From IMG/VR virus record IMGVR_UViG_3300028795_000002: DNA of 47,234 nucleotides; one strand, 5' to 3'. The DNA is from a virus. Below the pieces are notes generated by a model. That model saw only the letters and a list, made by a program, of their open reading frames with translations, ran no database searches and was not told the DNA's origin. The position numbers and the translations under genes were made by a program. This document shows positions 41,593-47,234 of this stretch, piece by piece (the first letter of the stretch is position 1; every line of letters starts with the position of its first letter).

Positions 41593-41607
41593 ACAGCCTC
41601 CTATCGG

Positions 41608-41650
41608 GGTTTCCCCCATACTTTACTAATTAGCAATCGCGGGTGGAAAC
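41608..41650. repeat. Palindromic intergenic element, copy 14
   Basis: GGTTTCCCCCATACTTTACTAATTAGCAATCGCGGGTGGAAAC. Confidence 0.8.
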
Positions 41651-41663
41651 TCGCACTCTCAGC

Positions 41664-41804
41664 CTAACACCACACTACATCATCATAGCTCACGCAATGC
41701 AGGAACCTCACATTGCACCACACCTCGTAACACCGATGGCGGATAGCGAGGTGTAACGAGCGGTGGGTCGCGTAGACAGTCACCCCGAATTCAGCGTAGA
41801 ACAT
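41664..41804 (-). CDS. Possible small Cys/aromatic-rich protein (46 aa)
   Basis: ATG lies 1 nt after the upstream stop. Sequence MFYAEFGVTVYATHRSLHLAIRHRCYEVWCNVRFLHCVSYDDVVWC. Confidence 0.35.
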   Translation of the reverse strand: MFYAEFGVTVYATHRSLHLAIRHRCYEVWCNVRFLHCVSYDDVVWC

Positions 41805-41805
41805 C

Positions 41806-42042
41806 TCAATTCCCCTTCCCACACAACACATAATGCGCGAAGTCGCAATCCCCCGCGCCACCATTGCCACCATTCCCCCCGCCATTGCTACTAGCTCCCG
41901 ATTGCGAGCCGTGCGCAGCCGATCCTAGTGCGCCGCTATTGCCACCGCCGTGGTGCCCGTGATTGGCGGATGCGTTGGATGCGTAGACATTGGCGACTCC
42001 ACATACGACTAGGAGAACTACGCCGAAAAGAATTTGTTTCAT
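41806..42042 (-). CDS. Secreted Gly/His/Asn-rich small protein (78 aa) with Sec signal peptide and a C-terminal Cys pair
   Basis: Signal peptide MKQILFGVVLLVVCGVANVYA|SNAS. Then HGHHGGGNSG...GGGNGGNGGAGDCDFAHYVLCGKGN. Confidence 0.55.
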   Translation of the reverse strand: MKQILFGVVLLVVCGVANVYASNASANHGHHGGGNSGALGSAAHGSQSGASSNGGGNGGNGGAGDCDFAHYVLCGKGN

Positions 42043-42212
42043 GACAGCACCCCCACCACACTAATAACAGCGGACACGTCCAATCCGAATGCCTCTACAT
42101 CGGCCCAGAAATCCTTTACAGCTTGCTCCGCCGCTTCAGCCCTATACTCGTGAGTCGTAATACCACTGCCCGCGATAGGTGCGGCGAGCACGGTGATTTG
42201 GTACTTTCTCAT
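42039..42212 (-). CDS. Hypothetical protein (57 aa from ATG 42212)
   Basis: G-rich RBS. ATGA overlap with the downstream gene. Confidence 0.45.
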   Translation of the reverse strand: MRKYQITVLAAPIAGSGITTHEYRAEAAEQAVKDFWADVEAFGLDVSAVISVVGVLS

Positions 42213-42293
42213 GACGCCCCCTTCGTTACGTGAACAACCGGACGGGTGATGTAGTAAACCCCGTCTACCCAAGCGATGAATTGATGTTGCATG

Positions 42294-42476
42294 CTATTTC
42301 CCCTCTACCAACAGGTCGCCGTGAATCCAATCTGCATACTCACCGAAAGTCGTCCTGAAATTTACGAGATACCGCTCACCCGTCTCGTCAGATTCCGCGA
42401 GCACGACATAACCGCACGCGTCGTTTGCCTCATGCGCACTACACACAACCCGAACCAGAGACCCGATTGCGAACAT
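42294..42476 (-). CDS. Hypothetical protein (60 aa)
   Basis: AAGGAG RBS. Confidence 0.5.
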   Translation of the reverse strand: MFAIGSLVRVVCSAHEANDACGYVVLAESDETGERYLVNFRTTFGEYADWIHGDLLVEGK

Positions 42477-42488
42477 TTCTATCTCCTT

Positions 42489-42983
42489 TTAATTGTTACC
42501 GTACAGAAATTGATCCAGCTCCTTCTCATCCCGGATTTCCACCGTGGCCCAATAAGTCTGCCCTTTACCCGTATTACGTTCGTCTCTAACTTCAATCACA
42601 TCCGATGCATAGTTGATATGTGCGATGTGATTTTTACTTAACACACTAAACATATAGTTCAGCTCCTTTGCCCGCTCATTTGCCGTGATCAATGCGTCAC
42701 GTGCTTCTTTCGTACGCGGGCACCGATCAAACACCGTGTTGGCATGTTCACATTGCTTGCACATCATTTTAAGTTCAGACGGCGTGTAGAACCCCCGCAT
42801 GGATACCCCGAACGAGCCATCATCAATCACGAACTCGCAGGGCAGTTCGAATCCGAGTTCCGGGAACATTGCCATCAACTCATCACTAGTGATTACGCCG
42901 TTGCTCATTTCAATCTCCGGTTGGTTGCATACCGCATTTCGGGCGTTGCATGCTGCGGTACTACGGTTAGAAATATAGACCAT
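42489..42983 (-). CDS. Hypothetical protein, first gene of the early arm (164 aa; alternative start M26 at 42908)
   Basis: GAGGCTTGG leader upstream. No motif recognised. Confidence 0.5.
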   Translation of the reverse strand: MVYISNRSTAACNARNAVCNQPEIEMSNGVITSDELMAMFPELGFELPCEFVIDDGSFGVSMRGFYTPSELKMMCKQCEHANTVFDRCPRTKEARDALITANERAKELNYMFSVLSKNHIAHINYASDVIEVRDERNTGKGQTYWATVEIRDEKELDQFLYGNN

Positions 42984-43046
42984 TTTCCAAGCCTCAACGC
43001 GATGATATTTATCTATCAGGTTCTACGTGGCTGACTATCGGATGTA

Positions 43047-43083
43047 ATCGACTACCATCTCACCTAACTGACTCGCGGGTAAG
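43047..43083. repeat. Left arm of a long-range inverted repeat bracketing the divergent control region
   Basis: AATCGACTACCatctcacctAACTGaCTCGCGGGTAAG. Its reverse complement matches 43517-43555 in blocks of 12/12, 5/5, 4/4 and 11/11. Confidence 0.8.
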
Positions 43084-43516
43084 CCATTTCGTATGTGAAC
43101 AACTCGCACGACTGACAATACATATTAGAGGAATGAGGAGATGAATCAGCCATGGAGCTACGGTACGCGTGACACCTAATCGCTAGCCCCTCCCACTCAC
43201 TACCGTCATTAGCATAGCACGCTAGCTCTCATGGTCAGCCATCGATGTGAGGCCGTGTGTTAGAGCTATCGCTTTAGATGTATGTGAGTGGTCACTATCG
43301 GGCTGCGGGCTGCCAAATGTTGATAATTGGTGATTATGTCAAATGGGGAGTGCGCGAGGGGTAGGGAGGGGGAAATTCCGAAGGAGGTGTGAAAATTTGC
43401 AAGACACCATCCTATTTTTTCTGAAATTTTTCAATTCTCTCGATTACTGATAACAATTCCTAGCATCCTACTGTTAGTTTTTTCTCTTAGTAGGGGTTTT
43501 TCTCATAATTTATTCC

Positions 43517-43555
43517 CTTACCCGCGAGCCAGTTTGCGAGAGGGGGTAGTCGATT
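43517..43555. repeat. Right arm of the long-range inverted repeat
   Basis: CTTACCCGCGAGcCAGTTtgcGAGAgggGGTAGTCGATT. Confidence 0.8.
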
Positions 43556-43579
43556 GCGGTGCGTGCGAGGCTGTAGGTG

Positions 43580-43622
43580 GGTTTCCTTCCGGGATTACTA
43601 ATTGTTAATTTATGTAGAAAAT
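43580..43622. repeat. Palindromic intergenic element, copy 15
   Basis: GGTTTCCTTCCGGGATTACTAATTGTTAATTTATGTAGAAAAT. It lies in the divergent control region, 25 nt from the right inverted-repeat arm. Confidence 0.8.
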
Positions 43623-43733
43623 CCGCTGAATTGTTGTTCTGTCCCTAGTTGTTGCTGGCTGACCTCACGGGGGCTTCGCGCGTAGCGTGCGAATATGTTA
43701 TCTTCACGTTAAATTAGCCCCTGGAGGGATGCA

Positions 43734-44060
43734 ATGAAACTGAAATATACCCATGAAGCGATGATTGATCTGATTATTGCTGAGCCGACAGTCACGAATA
43801 AGGAACTTGCCACGATCTTCGATTACTCGGAAGCGTGGATTTCCCACATCCGATGTGCAGATAGCTTTCAGTCCCGAATCGCGGAGCGGAAGGCCTTGTT
43901 GGTCGATCCAGCTATCCGTCGTTCTATCGAAGATCGCCTGTCTGGCATCACCGTCAAAGCAATAGACCGAATCCAGGAGGTTCTCGATGGACCCGACGCT
44001 TCTGCATCATTTGCTCTTGATGCTCTTGGCATTGCTGCAACCGGCCTGAAGGGGCTGTGA
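43734..44060 (+). CDS. Small-terminase-like HTH protein, paralog 1 (108 aa)
   Basis: GGAGGG RBS. Lies upstream of TerL. Paralogous to the next gene (YTHEAMIDLIIAEPTVTNKELATIF...W...SFQ). Confidence 0.5.
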   Translation: MKLKYTHEAMIDLIIAEPTVTNKELATIFDYSEAWISHIRCADSFQSRIAERKALLVDPAIRRSIEDRLSGITVKAIDRIQEVLDGPDASASFALDALGIAATGLKGL

Positions 44061-44623
44061 TGTCCGACGAATTTGCAATAGCTATTCAACAGATGGCTGA
44101 TGCGAATACACTTGCATCTACAAGCCCTCCTACAGCCTCTTCCGCTCTTCGCTACTCGCCAGAACTGATGGTTGACATCATCCTCAACAATCCTGACTAC
44201 AGCCCGAAGCAGCTCGGAGAGATTTTCGGCCGTCCGCAGTCGTGGGTGGCGCAGGTGCTTGCCTCCCAGTCTTTTCAAACCGCTCTCGATCCACATCGCT
44301 CGCAGGTACTCAATCCCGAATATGCAATGACTCTTGAAGAGCGCTTTCGTGGCCTAACCATTCGCTCTCTGACTGTCCTCCAGGAAAAGCTCGAAGCGGG
44401 CAAGGCTCTCCCTGACATGACTGTAGTTAAGATCGCCGAACTCGGGATCAAGGCACTGGGCGTGGGGCAGAAGGTAGAAAAGCCAATCTCTCCTGAAGAC
44501 ATCCCCCAGAACTCTTCAGAGAAGGTCGCGGAGCGCATCATGGCGGCTATGCAAAAGCGAAAAGAAGCGGAAGCGTCCAACACCGTGGATGTGGAAGTGA
44601 AGGAAATCCCGAATGGCGAATAG
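44060..44623 (+). CDS. Small-terminase-like HTH protein, paralog 2 (187 aa)
   Basis: YSPELMVDIILNNPDYSPKQLGEIF...W...SFQ aligns with paralog 1. It overlaps the TerL start, the usual terS position. Confidence 0.55.
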   Translation: MSDEFAIAIQQMADANTLASTSPPTASSALRYSPELMVDIILNNPDYSPKQLGEIFGRPQSWVAQVLASQSFQTALDPHRSQVLNPEYAMTLEERFRGLTIRSLTVLQEKLEAGKALPDMTVVKIAELGIKALGVGQKVEKPISPEDIPQNSSEKVAERIMAAMQKRKEAEASNTVDVEVKEIPNGE

Positions 44624-46109
44624 TCTGCAGACAACTCTCAAGAGAACAGAACTCAATGCCGAACTCATTGAGGGCTTTGCTGTAACCTATCTCTACTCAG
44701 GCTTTGACGAGCCTAAACCGACCCCTCAATTCCACCGGGAAGGTTGGGAGTTGTATAGCTCGAATGCCCTGCAGGCCTCTGTCATCGCCCCGCGCGGTCA
44801 CGCCAAATCCTCCGCACTCACCCATGTCTTTATCCTAGCGACGTGCCTGTTCCGGGTAGAATCCTACGTCATCCTCATTTCCACTAATGAGGAATTGGCA
44901 ATTGAACACTTGGGCGACATCAGCCGGGAGCTAACTGAAAATGAAGAACTCATCACCGACTTCGGAATCAAAGGATTCATCACCAACAGCAAAACTGAAA
45001 TCATCGTTGAATTCAATGATGGACACCAGTTCCGAATACTTGCTCGGGGGTCGGGGCAGAAACTGCGAGGGCGTAAGTGGCGCGGTATGCGACCAGGTCT
45101 TATCGTCTGCGATGATCTTGAAGATGATGAACAAGTTGAAAATAAAGAACGACGGGAAAAGTTTAGAAAATGGTTCAATCGTGCTGCCATGCCGGCACTG
45201 CGGAGAGGCGGTAAGATTCGAGTGCATGGGACCATCCTGCATGAGGATTCATTACTAGCCCGCTTCCACAAGCAAACCCGCGAGAACAAGAGCTGGCAGG
45301 TAAAATTCTACAAGGCTCACAAAGCCTATGATGATTTCTCCGAAATCCTCTGGCCGGAGCAGTTCACCGAATCCGACCTCCAGGCAATCCGCCAGCGATA
45401 CATCGACGATAACGACTCTTCTGGCTATTCCCAAGAATACCTCAACGATCCTTATGACAACACGGACGGCTACCTCAAGAAAGAATACTTCAACCCGATG
45501 GAAGAAGAGGACTTCGATGCGGACGTGCAGATTGCTGCTGGGGTCGATTTTGCTATTAGTAAGGCTGCTAAAGCAAACCGCAGCTCGTTCACATTCGCGG
45601 GCAGGACGGTAAACAACACTCTCAACTTCTTCCATCAGGACAAGGGCCGATGGGGGACAGATGAAATCATTGACAAAATGCTGGAGTATGAAGAACAGAT
45701 CCATCCTGATGTGTGGTTTGTCGAAGATGGTGTGATCTGGAAAGCGATCGAGCCGATCCTTCTGCAGGACATGCGGATCAAAAACATCTTCCTCAATATC
45801 GTCCCTCTTCCCTCGGTTAAGGACAAAGCCACTCGCGGACGATCCTGGCAGAAGCGTATGAAAGCGGCTACCTGCAAATTCGATAAGCAAGCCGAATGGT
45901 ATCCCGACTACGAACACGAATGCCTGCGGTTCACTGGCTACTCCGACTCGATCCTTGATGACCAATTCGACAGCTCTGCTATCTTGTCCCGAGGCTTCGA
46001 CTCTCTACCTATGATGACTGAAGAAGACTTCATGACCGAGGAAGAGCTGGAAGCAGCCCGCACCGATCCGCCTGGGCATCAAGGCCGAAACGCAACTACA
46101 GGATATTAA
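44613..46109 (+). CDS. terL: Terminase large subunit
   Basis: Walker A-like VIAPRGHAKSS. Walker B LIVCDDLEDDE. The size (498 aa) and position before the portal fit TerL. Confidence 0.85.
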   Translation: MANSLQTTLKRTELNAELIEGFAVTYLYSGFDEPKPTPQFHREGWELYSSNALQASVIAPRGHAKSSALTHVFILATCLFRVESYVILISTNEELAIEHLGDISRELTENEELITDFGIKGFITNSKTEIIVEFNDGHQFRILARGSGQKLRGRKWRGMRPGLIVCDDLEDDEQVENKERREKFRKWFNRAAMPALRRGGKIRVHGTILHEDSLLARFHKQTRENKSWQVKFYKAHKAYDDFSEILWPEQFTESDLQAIRQRYIDDNDSSGYSQEYLNDPYDNTDGYLKKEYFNPMEEEDFDADVQIAAGVDFAISKAAKANRSSFTFAGRTVNNTLNFFHQDKGRWGTDEIIDKMLEYEEQIHPDVWFVEDGVIWKAIEPILLQDMRIKNIFLNIVPLPSVKDKATRGRSWQKRMKAATCKFDKQAEWYPDYEHECLRFTGYSDSILDDQFDSSAILSRGFDSLPMMTEEDFMTEEELEAARTDPPGHQGRNATTGY

Positions 46110-46114
46110 CCGCT

Positions 46115-47234
46115 ATGTCAGCAACAATTGCGCAGCAAGATTCGGTCAGCATGCCCGCAGAGCCAGAAATCAAACAGCGATTTGATCTGGATGAGATTTT
46201 GAACAGTCCGAATTTGGCAGAAAAGCTGGATGAGGACACGCGGAAGGCTCTCGGTCGCTGGGTCGTTGGGGGTTATGTGAAAGACATCTCCAGCCGCACT
46301 CAATGGTCTGAGCAACATGCAGAGGCTATGAAGATCGCCCTGCAGGTGAAGGAGATGAAGAATTTCCCCTGGACAAATGCGAGCAATGTGAAGTTTCCGT
46401 TGGTGACTGTCGGAGCATTGCAATTCCTCGCGCGAATCTCCATCCTTACCAAAGGCAGTAATCTGGCTAACTTCCGAATTCAAGGGGAAGATCCTGAAGG
46501 AAAGAAGATGGCCAGGGCAAAACGGATTAGTCGGCATATTAATATCCAGCTGACTGATGATGACCCGGCATGGGCGGATATGGATGAGCAGACGAAATTC
46601 GCGGCTAGCTTGCTCGGATCGGCTTTTAAGAAAACCAGTTACGACGCAGTTTCTGGGATCAACTGCAGCGAGTTCGTCCCGGCACAGAACTTCGTAGTTG
46701 ATTACAACTGCAAGAACCTGCTCACGGCTCAGCGCTACACCCATGTGATTAACATGGATGAGAACAAGCTGATGGAGAGGATTCATCGGAAGATCTTTAT
46801 CAAGGAAGAAAACACCCACGCGTCATCTCCTGACCAGATCATGGTCAACATGCTGGAACGTGCCGCCAGAGAAGTCCAAGGCCTCTCCCCGAATGCCGAA
46901 TCCGAAGATGTTCGAGTGCTGGAGCAGTATTGCTGGTTGGATCTTGATGGTGACGGCTATCGGGAGCCCTATATTATCAGCGTACGAGAAGATACTGGCC
47001 ACTTGTACCGTATTGTTGCTCGCTTTTATGATGATGGTTCTATCCACAGGCGGTTAGACGCGCGTCAACGCCAATTTGAAACTCTGGCAAACCTTGCAAC
47101 AGATGCTGCACAAGCCTCCCTTTTGGAAAGACGTGCTGTCGCCGTTCGTAACAGCAAAGAGAACACGGTCATCCGAATCGACCCGGTGCAGTTCTTTACT
47201 AAATACACCTTTGTGCCATCCCCCGATGGTGGGT
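46115..47234 (+). CDS. Portal protein, N-terminal part. The ORF runs off the window end and continues in frame at base 128. Full ORF 46115 -> wrap -> 1284, about 758 aa
   Basis: ATG at 46115, 5 nt after the TerL stop; open to the window end. Translation starts MSATIAQQDS... and includes ...WLDLDGDGYREPYIISV... Its frame matches ORF 16..1284 through the 127-bp overlap. Size and position directly after TerL fit a portal. Confidence 0.8.
   Translation, partial: MSATIAQQDSVSMPAEPEIKQRFDLDEILNSPNLAEKLDEDTRKALGRWVVGGYVKDISSRTQWSEQHAEAMKIALQVKEMKNFPWTNASNVKFPLVTVGALQFLARISILTKGSNLANFRIQGEDPEGKKMARAKRISRHINIQLTDDDPAWADMDEQTKFAASLLGSAFKKTSYDAVSGINCSEFVPAQNFVVDYNCKNLLTAQRYTHVINMDENKLMERIHRKIFIKEENTHASSPDQIMVNMLERAAREVQGLSPNAESEDVRVLEQYCWLDLDGDGYREPYIISVREDTGHLYRIVARFYDDGSIHRRLDARQRQFETLANLATDAAQASLLERRAVAVRNSKENTVIRIDPVQFFTKYTFVPSPDGG
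47108..47234. repeat. Terminal direct repeat (copy 2); identical to 1-127
   Basis: Same 127-nt string as bases 1-127. Confidence 0.95.

Noticed and set aside
2108-43622. The palindromic elements as a CRISPR array or as intrinsic terminators
   Set aside because: The copies are kilobases apart and separated by genes, not by 25-40-bp spacers, and no cas genes are present. None is followed by a T/U-tract, and several sit directly before an RBS inside operons.
45255-46819. Minus-strand ORFs of 236 aa (45255..45965) and 233 aa (46118..46819)
   Set aside because: They are antisense to TerL and to the portal N-terminal part. The portal ORF on the plus strand is missing from the track only because it runs off the window end.

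Overview
This window is a complete dsDNA tailed-phage genome of about 47.1 kb, podovirus-like, assembled as a circle. Bases 1-127 are repeated at 47108-47234, and the portal ORF is split across the window ends. Two divergent arms leave a non-coding control region of about 750 bp (42984-43733).

The plus-strand late arm runs 43734 -> wrap -> 24744. It carries two terS-like paralogs, TerL, portal, a GroES-like gene, scaffold-like genes, major capsid, adaptor/nozzle-like genes, Gly/Ala-rich internal (ejection-like) proteins, two beta-helix tail fibres and a lysis cassette.

The minus-strand early/replication arm runs 42983 -> 24906. It carries many small ORFs, an RHH regulator, a Dda/RecD-like helicase, a Cas4-like exonuclease, an AAA_24/Sak4-like ATPase, a DUF669-like SSB, a ParB::methyltransferase fusion, a UDG-like::PolA fusion and two free-standing homing endonucleases. 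The arms converge on a bidirectional terminator near 24.8 kb. I recognised no integrase, tRNA, CRISPR, reverse transcriptase, RNA polymerase or primase.

The most striking signal is at least 15 dispersed copies of a ~40-bp near-palindromic intergenic element, consensus GTTTCCnCCGGGATTACTAATTAGTAATCCCGGnGGAAAC. Other signals:
- A 37-39-bp inverted repeat brackets the divergent control region.
- Iteron-like repeats lie at 39453-39505.
- A GAGGCTCA leader box recurs on early genes.
- A D-x-LL-x-ELG peptide is shared by four early proteins.
- A secreted Gly/His-rich peptide sits in a cluster with tiny membrane ORFs.
- Enzymes are embedded in the virion module: a cupin, an Asp/Asn-hydroxylase-like protein and a PurD-like ATP-grasp.
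- Both tail fibres have Sec-like signal peptides.

All functional calls rest on motifs recognised by eye and on gene order. No database search was run.
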